Assembly: GCF_006345805.1 (NCBI RefSeq)
Contig: NC_043000.1
Location: 161,758,001 to 161,822,000 of the forward strand
Direction of reading: 5' to 3'
DNA length: 64,000 bases
Source: Octopus sinensis
Taxonomy: Eukaryota
Below, piece after piece: positions 13,107-26,399 of this stretch. A program made the translations under genes and the position numbers. The first letter of the stretch is position 1, and the number at the start of each line of letters is the position of its first letter. The notes under the pieces are model-generated. The model saw only the letters and a program-made list of their open reading frames with translations. It made no database searches and was not told the DNA's origin.

Positions 13107-14569
13107 AAAAATTACGCCAGTATCGTCATACTCGATCCTCGCTCACACTTCTTGGCGGATTACTTGAAGAAAATGGTGACAATGAATTTAAACAGCAAAA
13201 AAAAACTGAAATTTGGTTTCTTCAGTCTTAAGCAAATATATTACACCTTTTATTTCAGCTGCTAAGCTGATAAAGTTGTCTTGCTGAAAATGTTCTATTC
13301 TTGGTCCATCATCACCTATAAATTTTTCCCGACAATTTTGTCTGTTCCATTCCTATAATGATCACTACCCTTCAACCTTCTGTGCTATCCTTATCTCTCC
13401 ATTGTAATCATTTTATGTAGTGTTTTCTTTTCCTGTAAATCATGTAACAAATAATACAGGCAATCCTTTAGCCTGAAATATTTTCTGATAACACACACAC
13501 ATGTACATATATAAATTCTACAGCATATTTTACCTCCACCAATTTAAGCTCTATTCTAAGAACTCCAGTCTACTAAAACGTTAATCTCATCTGGCTCCCA
13601 ATTCCACTGAAGTGAGGGACTTCCTGTTTCCTATATACAGTGTCCTACCTCTTTGCAGACAATAATAGGAACTGTATTCTTAATTTGTTTATACAATATC
13701 ACCACCTTCCAAGACGATAATAATGTATAAGGACATTTGTGATATTGTGAAAAAAAAAGTGGCAATCAAATCACATCCTACCACTTTTGAAAAAAAAAGG
13801 CGATCCATACTGGGTAATGTAGTCTAAAATAAACTACGTCGAAAGAATGTGGTGGTTTCAACTGGAATTTCTTTCATCATAGGCATGCTCAATCAGAATA
13901 ATATGATGCTAAGCAACAATTTCAACACCACAAGAATCGCAAAATGTCTTCTGCCCACCATCACCACCATAGTTATCTATTGAGCACTATTTACCCTTTG
14001 ATTGTCCCTACTCAATAAAGACGTAAACTCCTTTCAATTCGGTGCCCTTTTGAGTAGTTATCAGTCTATCCAGAAGAGTTTATTTCAGTATGATAGTGAT
14101 CTAAGCGGGATTTTGAAATCAGAATAGAACAACTTTGATCATGAATAAAATATTGTCATCTGAAAATTAACACCAAGGAGCGATGATTTCTAGATGCGTT
14201 TCTTCTTTTGTGCTACGCTAGCATATTTCTTGGAAACCAATTTAGGAATAGTAGATTCTTAATTCTAGAAAATATAGAGGAATATTTCAAACGGAGCTAT
14301 GTCCATTATTTATTTTACAGTTTATCTTCGGATAAGGCGCAGAGCACGTTCAACGTCAGGTGCAATCTACAGGGAAAATGCGTAGATCCAGCTAATTAGC
14401 AGATATAAATGACAATGCAGACTGAAGTAAAGAGAGGGATCAATGTATTTAACTAATTTGGATAGTGGTAATAAAGCTGTTGTCAGAGAAATCATGAGCA
14501 GAAAAGGCCCCCCATGAAGGATTAAAGCAAAAGACTACAGAGCTGTTGCAATACTGTAAATCTGTAAAG

Positions 14570-15187
14570 CGGCGAGCTGGCAGAGACGTTAGCGCGCCGG
14601 GCGAAATGCGTAGCCGTATTTCGTCTGCCGTTACGTTCTGAGTTCAAATTCCGCCGAGGTCGACTTTGCCTTTTATCCTTTTGGGGTCGATTAAATAAGT
14701 ACCAATTACGCACTGGGGTCAGTGTAATCGACTTAATCCGTTTGTCTGTCCTTGTTTGTCCTCTCTGTGTTTAGCCCCTTGTGGGTAGTAAAGAAATAGG
14801 TATTTCGCCCGTCGCTACGTTCTGAGTTCAAATTCCGCCGAAGTCGACTTTGCCTTTCATCCTTTCTGGGTTGATAAAATAAGTACCAGTTATGCACTGG
14901 GGTCGATGTAATCAACTTAATCCCTTTGTTTGTCCTTGTTTGTCCCCTCTATGTTTAGCCCCTTGTGGGCAATAAAGAAATAAGAAACGTTAGCATGTTG
15001 GGTGAAATGCTTAGTGGTATTTCGTCTGCCGTTACTTTCTGAGTTCAAATTCTGCCGAGGTCTACTTTGCCTTTCATCCTTTCGGATTCGATAGATTAAG
15101 TACCAGTTACGTACTGGGGTCGATCTAATCGACTGCCCCGCCTCACCAAAAATTTCGAACCTTGTGCCTAGAGTAGAAAAGAATATT
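14570..15187 (+). mobile_element. Head-to-tail trimer of SINE family M (GCCTTTCATCCTT..GGGGTCGAT..AGTACCAG core, MetaSINE-like)
   Basis: Three units at 14570-14799, 14800-14982 and 14983-15187; B-box-like GAGTTCAAATTCC in each. Confidence 0.85.
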
Positions 15188-15622
15188 GTAAATCTGTATT
15201 GTGTTCCTGAATAATCGTGGATTACTAAACAGCCTCAGGCATGCTACTTTCTGTTTTTATTGTATAGTTGTGAAAATAAGATTAAAAAGCAAATTCGTTC
15301 TGTCTGCCGAATTTCACTCGCTGGCTTTGGTCTTCTCAAGGTTATCTCAATCGACATTTGCCTCAGACGATACGCACTGATTGTGAACCTAACTTGCAAC
15401 ACCAACTTCTCAATCTACTCTATCTTCTTATCTTTCTCTGTGGGGGGGGGCGTGCGTGTGAAACAGTTTACGATATCGAACAACAGTAGTTTACTAATTG
15501 TCCACGAAATTCTTACAAATTTAACACTGAGCATTTTGCAAAAATTCTCAGCAATAATTATTTCCAAGAGTAATGTGTGTGTGTGTGTGTGTGTGTGTTT
15601 ATGTGTGTGTGTGTGTGTGCGT

Positions 15623-15820
15623 GTATCGTTGGCGATTTTCTTCCTCCTTCTTCCCTTCCTTGGACCTTTCCTTTTTCTATGTTTCTGACAAAGAGCTCCG
15701 CTCGAAACGTTAAATCCTCCTTCTTTCTTTCCTTTCCTGAGCGTCCAATAACACTATACTTCTTCCACGTCCTCACGTTGTTGTGTTTTCTCTTTGTATT
15801 TTCATGTTTGGATTAACTAT
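15623..15820 (+). mobile_element. Penelope-type terminal remnant with hammerhead-like core at 15681-15715
   Basis: GTTT CTGACAA A GAGC-TCC-GCTC GAAAC GTT AAAT. Confidence 0.55.
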
Positions 15821-15888
<68 letters not shown>

Positions 15889-16959
15889 CATTTTTATCTA
15901 AAGAACAGCTTTTGCTTCAGCTTTAGTACCTTAAAACTTTAATCCTTTAGTTCGTTTATGTCATTGAGTTTAGAATCATACGGGTACCACCTTCGGTCGT
16001 TACTGGTCTCTGCTGTTAGTGCCGTCACAGATCTATGACCTTTGATTATGATTAGTGAGTGCAAACCGATGGATCTGTTCTGGGAAGTTACTCTACCTTT
16101 GCAGATGGTTGATGAGGAATACTTTAAAATAGTATATCCAGATATTTTTTTTAATGTTGCAGGAAAAACATATAAGATAATCTATTTATATATTTATTTA
16201 CTCGAATTTAATTTCTGCTCTGAAGAGGTTTCATCTCATGTGGGTATTTGCTTTTTATTTTGTTTGCTTTTTACCTGAGTGTTCTTTTTTTATGGTGTTA
16301 CTTGTATTTTTATTCCATTCTTCAGTAAACATTCAAAACGCATTTTTAGATAAAATAAATATCATCTTAAACATTGAGCTGGAAATATTTTGAAATATAA
16401 AACTGAGGAAAATATATTACCATAGGTGTAGAAAAAAAAAGAAACAAACAACCAGACAAACAAAAAAATAAAGGTAGCAACGTTTATTTATTGATTTGCT
16501 AATTTTTTTGCTAATTTTTAGTAATACTATATCAAAAGTCATATAGATTTATCAATTTGTTGAATTAGAAAGTAAAATTTTGTTTCGAGCCGTATTGGTA
16601 GAACGTCTGATTATTTATTTTAAAAAATAATGTGATTCGTATACAGTCATCAGTACTCGCGTATGTCTATGATCAAATTATTTTGATTCTCTCGTTCCGA
16701 TAGATATAACACTTTAAAAATTGACCTATGTTACACTGACTTGAAATGTTGAATCAATTTCTTCTGGAGCTTCACCTCGGAAAGGGATGAGACTCACTGA
16801 GCTGATTTGACCTAAACTCTTTGTATTGTTTTCATACTAGTTCAATGGACTCCGCCTTTTAAACACAAAGCTATAATTGCTATGTGATTTATACATAGTA
16901 TGTATTTTTTCGTGTTAGGGGAGAAAAGGGATAAATATGATGTTATTAACTTCTTCAAA

Positions 16960-17230
16960 AGCATATGTCGCAAGTAACTGTCTGCCGAAGCATCTGAGGA
17001 ACCTCCATGGAGTGGATGTAGACGTTTTCAAACGTGAACTTGACCTCTGGATCGCCGAGATCCCGGATGAGCCAATATCTAAGCAAGAAACTCAAAAGAG
17101 GGCAGTAGCATCGAACTCCATCCTTCACCAGAAGTCGCTTCGACAAAGGTGAAAAGTGGAAAGACGATTACAGTGGTGGTGCTCCAGCATGGCCACAGTC
17201 ATTGGACTGAAACTTATAAGAGAATAAGTA
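16960..17230 (+). mobile_element. CR1-type LINE extreme 3' end (subfamily A)
   Basis: 'NCLPKHLRNLHGVDVDVFKRELDLWIAEIPDEP..RAVASNSILHQ' followed by GGTGGTGCTCCAGCATGGCCACAGTC tail. Confidence 0.8.
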
Positions 17231-17435
17231 AAATGAAATTAATTTAACTGGAAATACTATCCAGAAACTGGAAAGAAATCTCTTGTAATATGATGTTCAT
17301 CAGAATCGGTCAGGAGGAAGGGACAGTGCCCATGACTTTCCCAGTCCTCCGAGCCCGGTGAGATAAATACGGTTGATATCAAGCTTAAAATCAATGCTTC
17401 AGAGAAGGTGATAATGGAATTCCAACGTGTGTTAC

Positions 17436-17741
17436 GTGGAGGCACAATGGCTCAGTGGTTAGGGCAGCAGACTCGCGGTCGGAGGATCGCGGTTTCGATT
17501 CTCAGACCGGGCGTTGTGTGTGTTTATTGAGCAAAAACACCTTAAAGCTCAACGAGTCTCCGGCAATGGATGGTGGCGACCCCTGTTATACTCTTTCGCC
17601 ACAACTTTCTCTCACTCTCTCTTCCTGTTTCTTGAGTAACGTTGCGATGGACTGGCGTCCCGTCCAGCTGGGGGGAACACATGCACCACAGAAACCGGGA
17701 AACCGGGCCCATGAGCCTGGCTGGGCTTGAAAAGGGCGACG
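17436..17741 (+). mobile_element. SINE family V copy with imperfect ~12-bp TSD
   Basis: tRNA-like head, GCGATGGACTGGCGTCCCGTCCAG core; flanks AACGTGTGTTAC / AACGTGTTGTTAC. Confidence 0.85.
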
Positions 17742-17985
17742 AACGTGTTGTTACATTCGGAAAGAAAGATCTGGACATAGCGTGATTTCGGAGAGGAAGC
17801 ACAGAATGAGTGATGAGTAAAGAAACAGCGACGAGAGAGCTTGAGCGGAGTAGTATGTAATTTATCAAGCCCTGGGGGGCAGTGACCATCGTTGAAACAG
17901 TTGACGCGCAATGTTTAGTAGAGAACGTATCTGAGGACTAGGGATTGAAATTTGTTGGTGATTGAATAGTTGCTAGTAAACCGGA

Positions 17986-18186
17986 TGACTATGTTTCGGA
18001 TACTGTCTGGGGGTTTTGTGCTTAGTAGTAGCATAATTCCAGTAGTTTGAGTCGTATCCCATTATTCAGGGTTGAAGTATTATTATCTGGTTACAAAAGA
18101 AGGTAGTTAATTTTTGGGGACACGGGCTTTTTTTTTTTTGTTATATTTGTAAGACTGAGATATCCAGAAGAAATTATCACTGAATA
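17986..18186. repeat. Unclassified dispersed repeat, copy 2
   Basis: Similar to 12916-13106, same orientation. Confidence 0.8.
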
Positions 18187-18504
18187 TGAGAGCTAACATT
18201 TGTAGCCATTTAGAGGAGTTTAAATGCGTGCTGTCTATTATTAGATAGGGTGATAAGAGTATTTCCTTGATATGTACAGCGACTGACTTTGAGCTGTTTA
18301 AAGACACAATGACACCATGTCCCCAATGGGACACAGTAACATAGTACTGCCATGGGAATAACATGTTAATGATTCCATCCCAACATCTTTTCATCCTCTT
18401 TTGCACGCAGACTGAAAAGATGTAAGAGGTAGAACCATTAACTTATGTTCAACTAGCTACTCCACAGAAAGCTTTTCCAAATTCTTTTAGTGCATTTACT
18501 TATG

Positions 18505-18540
18505 TTTTATATATATATTATATATATATATATATATAAA

Positions 18541-18587
<47 letters not shown>

Positions 18588-18648
18588 ATATATATATGTA
18601 TATATATTATATATATATATATGTATATATATGTATATATATATATAC

Positions 18649-18723
<75 letters not shown>

Positions 18724-18778
18724 ATATATATATACATATATATATACATATATATATGTATATATATATATGTATATA

Positions 18779-18848
<70 letters not shown>

Positions 18849-18868
18849 ATATATATATATATATATAT
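18505..18868. repeat. (TA)n microsatellite
   Basis: Visible. Confidence 0.95.
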
Positions 18869-18869
18869 A

Positions 18870-19030
18870 GGGAGAGTTTACTAAAAAAGACAAGAGACGA
18901 AGACAGGTGGTGTTAGTATAACGCTCAGGAATAGAAAAAGTTTTTTACGTTTCGAGACTACTCTCTTCTACAGAAAGGGACACAGAAAAAAACAAGGAGA
19001 GAAACAAGGAGAGAAAAAAATGTGTGTAGT
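18870..19030 (-). mobile_element. Penelope-type terminal remnant with hammerhead-like core at 18946-18976
   Basis: Minus strand TTT CTGTAGA A GAGA-GTAG-TCTC GAAAC GTA AAA; shares TCCTGAGCGT with the 15623 element. Confidence 0.5.
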
Positions 19031-19088
19031 GGCTAACGATCTATCATGGCGTATATATATATATGTGTATATATATATATATATATAT

Positions 19089-19146
<58 letters not shown>

Positions 19147-19642
19147 AACATATAAAGTAAAAGTCTAATTGTTATTAAGGGATTCTGAAATCATTCACTA
19201 TCCCATACAGTAGTAAATGTATTGAGATTCTCTACGAAGCCCCTCGTCCTGCTAGAAACAAAATTTCTCCCGAACCACATTTTGTTAACTTTAAAAATAA
19301 AGGAAACATATCCAGAAAATAGACAGGTAACACTGTCATTTTCGTATTTAAGACAATATTACGAATAAAAAAGATAATATGAAGAGCAAATGATGTAATA
19401 ATGTCACAGTGTAAATAAAGAAGTTGAACACAAGAGAGCTAAACACAATGTTTCTAACAATGAGGGATTGTTCTGGCGGGAATGCTTCCTTTATAAGTCT
19501 ACTTGATCAGAGCGAACAACATCAGTACTAGTTTCGTAGGTCATCAGCGGAATGAAAACCAAAAGTTGATACCTGCTAGGATTTGAATTCAATATCCTGA
19601 ACAAACGAGACTATGTAAAATACAATGCTCGCACGCCCGCAC

Positions 19643-19695
<53 letters not shown>

Positions 19696-21598
19696 TATAG
19701 ATATCTAGGTACGCTGCGTCTATCAGCTCACATAATTTCATTTGAACAACCTTATTACCAAGCGTGACAGCGTGACATAACGATGACCTGATTATATTCC
19801 TAATGATATTAAACAATGCTCATTCGTTTTAATGTCAATGTCTGACACGCAATTTCTCAATTGTAAGCTTGCAACTGTAAGTAGTTGCATAAATAGTTCA
19901 AGTTCAGTGGGTGATAATTTTATTTTTAATCTGATACTGATAAGGATTTAACTTCTGCTTCTTTTAGATAAGGCGTAAGAACAGTTGTTAATGTAAAAAT
20001 ATTTCAGTATACGATTGATACAACGAACTAGCGAAGGATTGTCTATGTTGTCACTCAACCTACTTTGAATAGAGATCCAACCTCCCTTATATCACGCTCT
20101 GTATCTTAAAAGAGAAAAGTCGGAGCGGTCGCGGATGAAATGCAACTGATCATAGATTTTATCGACTGAAGTAAATGTGTGTATGCATGAATATATAAGT
20201 GACCAAGAAGTTCTGTTCGCAATCATGAGATCAGTAATCTAATTCAATGGTTGACATCTTGAGTGTCTACGTTCACAACGCCAACCTAAGACGTGTGAAT
20301 GAAACTGGGTCGACTGAAAGTGGAAAGTGTGTGCAATTCCGTCGGGTGGATTGCACCTATAATCAAAGAGCCAGTTTTATCACTCACTGTGTCACGCTGA
20401 TTCTGCCAAAGAGTCACGTTAAGTGTCCGTAGAATTATTGGTAATTTACACACTAATATAATAAGTGGTTCCATTGAATGAAACCTACTGAAAATGCTTT
20501 CATTCAACGAAGCGAATTTCAAAGCCACGGAGTCCTCTCCCACCTCTAACTTACTTTACATAGTAAATACATAATTCCAGGTTAGATACCATTGTTTTCT
20601 ACTGCAGCTTCGGGACAATCAATGCCTTGACAGTGAAATTTGGTACTTGAAGACTATGGCAACCTCACTGTGTATAAAAGCCTACTGGAGCAACAGTTCC
20701 TGTTCTAGGGTACAAAATTTAATCCATCATCAGGGTTAACTGCTCTTGCAGAGTACAAGCTGTTGCACCTGTGTACTAAAATTATATGCACACACTCTAC
20801 AGACTAAAACAACCGCTGGAGTCGCACTATGCAAGTATAGCCTGAGTTCAGTGACTTAAATAAGTAAAATACATATATATATAAGCACACACACGCAGAC
20901 ATACATACGTACATATATTAATTGTAACGAAGGGAAGTAAAAGTACGCAGTTCCTGAGGTGAAGGATAGAAAGTTTATTTGGTCAGCCGAACAAAAGCAA
21001 AGTGGTCGACTGAAGATTCAAACATTCTCGTCAATTAGGATTACTCTGTGTTTAATGCGGTTTAATCCTAATTGAGCAAGCATTTGCATACCAGCGACTT
21101 GTGTAACTAGTTCAACGTATCCTACTTTTAAGACGGTAAAATGCGAATGACCACGTAAAGGGGAAAACCTCATCAGTTTTCAATTTTGAAATCGCTCGCT
21201 AGAGAAAAAAAAAAGAAAAAAGATAATTTAAGTTACAATCTATGAATTTGTAAAATCATGGTTTCTTTCTTGTACTCGACATAGATGCATCTGGTACACT
21301 TTTTTTCTCTTTCAATTCGTAGCTGATACTAGAAAATAACTCGACCGATTTTTCCCATACTGGTATGGCACAGTCAACATTTATCCCAGCGTAGAGGCTT
21401 GGAAGCATCATTTCCCCTCTTATTAGTCAGATATTTAGGATCGCTATGCAGTTCCTGAATAGCAAATTCGTAGCTTTCTTGTTGAGATGTGACGTATCTA
21501 TCATGTCCAGAGGAGGTTACTATTCCTCTCCATGCTGTCGATATTTTCTCGCTGGCGGAATATGAGCCCATGCATAACCTTATGCTGATATAATTGAA

Positions 21599-21906
21599 AT
21601 GGTTTTTCTTTACTTCTCGAGCCTCACCTGGCTCATAAGGGCCGGTTTCCCGGTTTCCTTGGCGTATAGGTTCCCCACCTGGACAGGACGCCGGTCTGTC
21701 GCAGGTGAGCTGAAAGATGCATGAGGAAAGAGTGAGAGAAAGCTGTGGCAAAAGAGTCAGCAGAAGTTCGCCATGACCTTCTGCCGGAGCCGCTTGGAGC
21801 TTAGGTGTTTCGCTCATAAACACACACACCGCCCGGTCTGACATACGAACCCGCGATCCCTCGACCGGGAATCCACTGCTCTAACCACTAGGCCATGTGC
21901 CTCCAT
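21599..21906 (-). mobile_element. SINE family V, full length, 11-bp TSD
   Basis: TSD ATATAATTGAA at 21588-21598 and 21907-21917. Confidence 0.9.
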
Positions 21907-22719
21907 ATATAATTGAATACATTTCCTTCACCATTTCCTTCTGTTTAAGGTAAATCCAACCACTTGGTTCTCTTGGAACAACTGTGCACTAAGTTTACCT
22001 GTTAAGTTTTTTCATCTTATCTCATAGTTTTTACTGTCGCTGTTGAGACACAACAAATATGAGGCTCAAAAAAGGTTACTTATCATCTTCCAAATCCGTA
22101 AATTTTCCTTTCTTAAGTTATAAAATATATTCTTTGAGGAATATAATATTTCGTTTTCTGTTTTTTTATCTTTCTCATCGGTTGAAATATCACTGAAATA
22201 AGTGAAACATTTTCCTCCCCTGATCATTACATATTTGGGTCTATTCATGTATTTTGGGGAATCATGTATTGTTTTTGTTTTGTTCGCATCAAGATTAAAT
22301 CGAAGCTGTTTTTCTTTGCCGTGAATTAACATATGATTTATTACAAAAAGTAAATAATTTTTTCACAAACGAATATATTTCATATGTATGTATTTCTTTT
22401 TAGAAAAAGAGACATTTATTTTGGCGGTAATTTCATAACCTGTTTAAACAAATTTGGTTCCTACATTTCACAGTGGGCAGCTCGCTGTGTATGTACATGT
22501 GTCTGTGTGTCTATATTATGTCCTCCCGTATTCCTTCAACAACGGCATTAGTTTCCTTGCAGCCATGCTGGGGAGAAGCCTTCTCCGATTTTCATGGATA
22601 GTATCAGACTTAGTACACATTTTATTGATTGTATGACGGTCGCGGTTACAAAAAATATTTTTACATCAAGGAAAGAAGCTCAAAACACCAGCAAATCGCA
22701 TACACACACAACACACACA

Positions 22720-22779
<60 letters not shown>

Positions 22780-22965
22780 CACAAATACACACACACTCAC
22801 ATATATATACTTGGAAATGGATGCGTGACGTTCAATTAAATAATAAAAAGTAACTAATATATAGTATATATATATAAATACATATATATATATATAAATC
22901 TATATATGAATATATATAGATATAAATATATATATATATATATACAAATATATATATACAGATAT

Positions 22966-23013
<48 letters not shown>

Positions 23014-23047
23014 TATAAATATGTGTGTGTGTGTATGTGTGTGTAAA

Positions 23048-23290
23048 TAGTGGTGGCGCGTGGCTTAGTGGTTAGGGTGTCAGCATCATGATCGTAAGAT
23101 TGTGCTTTCGATCCCTGGACTGTTGTGTTCTTGAGCAAAACACTTCATTTCACGTTGCTCCAGTTCACTCAGCTGGCAAAAATGAGTAACGCTGCAATGG
23201 ACTGGCATCCCGTCCAGCTGGGGAACACAGACGCCATGGAAACCGGGAAACCGGGCCCATGAGCCTGGCTAGGCTTTAAAAGGGCGCATA
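23048..23290 (+). mobile_element. tRNA-derived SINE variant with CORE-like and V-like segments
   Basis: Head GGCGCGTGGCTTAGTGGTTAGGG; CTTGAGCAAAACACTT..; GGACTGGCATCCCGTCCAG; tail shared with 17436. Confidence 0.75.
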
Positions 23291-23299
23291 AAAAAAATA

Positions 23300-23519
23300 A
23301 ATATATATATAAAGATATAAATATATATATAATTATATATAAATATGTTATATATATAAATATATTATATATATATAATTATATATAATTATATATATAT
23401 ATTTAATTATATATATAAATATATATTTAATTATATATAATGATACATATATATATATAATTATATATATATAAATATATATATATATGTATCATTATAT
23501 ATATAAATATATATATATA

Positions 23520-23562
<43 letters not shown>

Positions 23563-23591
23563 CATTATATATTTATATATGTATCATTATA

Positions 23592-23633
<42 letters not shown>

Positions 23634-23662
23634 ATAGATGTATATCATTATATATTTATATA

Positions 23663-23700
<38 letters not shown>

Positions 23701-23721
23701 CATTATATATATATATATAAT

Positions 23722-23766
<45 letters not shown>

Positions 23767-23870
23767 CATTATATATATATATATAATATATATATAATTA
23801 TATATATATATATAATATATATATATTATATATATATATATATATATTATAATATATATATATATGTATA
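23300..23870. repeat. AT-rich microsatellite/minisatellite with repeated GTATCATTATATAT units
   Basis: Visible. Confidence 0.9.
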
Positions 23871-23872
23871 AA

Positions 23873-24815
23873 ACTTAGATATGTTTCGACCAAAGATTGG
23901 TCCAGGCCATGTCTAACTTAATAGCACCACCAGATAGGATTATTCGAATCCTGTTTAAGTCAAGTTTTGTTTATGGTCCATTCAAGTAGTGAGTTCTTGT
24001 TGGGTGAGTTGTATCCATTTATGGGTGGCTTATCTGGTATTCTTTGAAGGAATCTATCCAGACTCCGTTTAAAGTTGATGGGATCCTTTTCTTCTTTGAT
24101 CTCTTTCAGGACAATGTTAAATAGGGCAGGGCCTGTTGAGGAAAAGAAATTATGTTGCAGTGTACATGTATGCTGTGATCTTGAATTGGGCAGGGGACGT
24201 ATGGCCCGTCCTCCCAGTCTTGGATGAACCTTGAAGCTTACGTTCAGGTCGTTTGGGCAAAGTTGGCGTTATATTCTCCACATCGTATAAATGATCTACC
24301 GCTCACGGCGACGCTGGAGAGAGTAAAGTTTCAAGGCTTTAAGGCGATCCCAATAATCGAGAGCAGCCATGCCTTCAATTCGTTTAGTGACTGGGGTGAC
24401 TCAATCCTTGAGATGTTTTGTCTTGTATGGGGAGACCACAGTGGGCAGCAGTATTCGAGGTGTGGCCGTACAAAGGAGGAGAAAAGTGGTATGATGACAC
24501 CTTGTCCTCTGGACCGGAAAGTTCTTAAGATCCAGGAACTCATCCTACGAGCTATATCGACCTTCTTGTTGATGTGTGCACTCCAACTGAGATCGTCATC
24601 AACAATTACACCCTGGTCTCTGATATTGTTAGAGGCTGTGAGCGGTTCCTCTGAAGGAAGAGAGTATGGCTGTTTTAGTGAGGAATTTCTTCCAAAATGC
24701 ATCACCTCAAATTTTCCCTCGTTCAGTTGCATTTTGTTTCTGTCTGCCCATTGACTCACAGCATATGGATCAGACTGGAGTTGAGTTCGGTCTGCTTCTT
24801 CATTGACGATTTGCT
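23873..24815 (-). mobile_element. 5'-truncated CR1-type LINE (subfamily B), ORF2 C-terminus and tail
   Basis: '[65 protein letters not shown]', later 'GPALFNI..FKRSLDRFLQRIPDKP'; flanked by (TA)n on both sides. Confidence 0.88.
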
Positions 24816-25024
24816 GATAATTATATATATAAATATATATATACATAAAGATGCATGTATATATAAATATATATATACATAAATACATATATATATAATA
24901 TATAAATATAAATAAATATATATATAAATATATATGTATAAATAAATATATATATAAATATTTATATAAATATGTATATCTGTATATGTGTGTATATATA
25001 TAAATATAATTTATATGTATATAA

Positions 25025-25108
<84 letters not shown>

Positions 25109-25659
25109 TATATATATAAATATTTACATTTTCGTCTTTGGATTTGGTTTGCAAGATTCTTTCGTGTGTTGAAGTATATACTGTTGTGCCTGGGGAGAGT
25201 CATTTTCTTTTTGTGCCTTATAATTTAACACACTCACCGGTAAAATTTGCACTTATTTCTTATTTTTATTTTCCTAAAATTTTCGTTGCGTCTTGCAACC
25301 TTTTCAATAGTCTTGACTCTGTCCGTTATTTACACTGCGTTCCCTTTTGTTTGTTTGTGCGCATGTGTGTGGTCCAGTGAGTGTGTGTGCGTGTGTGCCT
25401 ATGCGTGCATGCATGTACGTATGTATGTATGTGTGTATGTATGTATGTATGCATGTATGTATGTATGTATGTATGCATGTGTGTGTATACATGTGTGTGT
25501 ATGCATATGTATGTATGTTTGTATGTGTGTGCATCTGTATGCATTCTGCATATTCATGTGGTTGCATGTCCGTGTTTGTGTGTATTTTCTACGTATGTGT
25601 GTGTGATCGTGTGTTTGTATATGTATGTACCTCTGTCTCCTTGTGTGTGCTTTTCTTTG

Positions 25660-25900
25660 TTCTGCTGGTTGTGGGTCTCCCAGAACGTTCGTCAGTATCA
25701 ACATTTATTTGGCCATCTTGGTAACGTTTGAACCACTCGTACACTTGAGTGCATCTCATACACTCCTCTCCATACACTTTTTGCAACCTTGCATCAGCCT
25801 CTGAGCAGGTATCGCCATGACAACTTTCTCTGTCATGATCACATGCTACACACGTTCCTTCCGAGCACTGCTGTAAACAGCAAAAGTGAGCTAGAAACAT
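25660..25900 (-). mobile_element. Mariner transposase N-terminal (HTH) remnant
   Basis: 'LQKVYGEECMRCTQVYEWFKRYQDGQINVDTDERSGRPTTS'. Confidence 0.8.
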
Positions 25901-26399
25901 TAAAACTTATGGTTTATACACAGCGAAGTTCAAGGTCAATCTGTACCAAGTGATTCTCTCTGCGTGCTTTAGCTTCATTGCTATGGCAACCGTCCGGATA
26001 CTTATTGATCAGTCTTCGTACACATATCACTTAGCTTTTCTTCTAGCTACTTGGTATAATCCTGTTGTCCCGATTTGTTCACTCTTTTCAAGCCAAGCTT
26101 ATCATTTTGCTTTTATGGCTGTCTACTTCACTGTTTCAACACCACATCGACCTATGTCTGGCTGGAACCTTACACCAGCCACATATTTGTTCTGTAGCCC
26201 TCGGTAGATTGTATGGTAGAAACCTCCAGTCATTTTCTATGTTTTGCATCTCTAGTTCTTCCTCCTTGCATTAAATGCTTCATCTGACACTTATCTAAAT
26301 TTTTGAATGTTCAATGAACTTTAAACTTCCTTATCTCTCTTTCCCAGACTAGTTTCTATTTCTGAGTCCTTCTAGCTCTAAATCTGATAATCACTAGCC

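Noticed and set aside
18107-18410. 99-aa minus ORF behind a good acceptor
   Set aside because: No donor, unrecognised peptide, runs into a dispersed repeat
19530-19550. GTTTCGTAGGTCATCAG hammerhead-like core on the minus strand
   Set aside because: No stem II; lies in a decayed SINE-M copy
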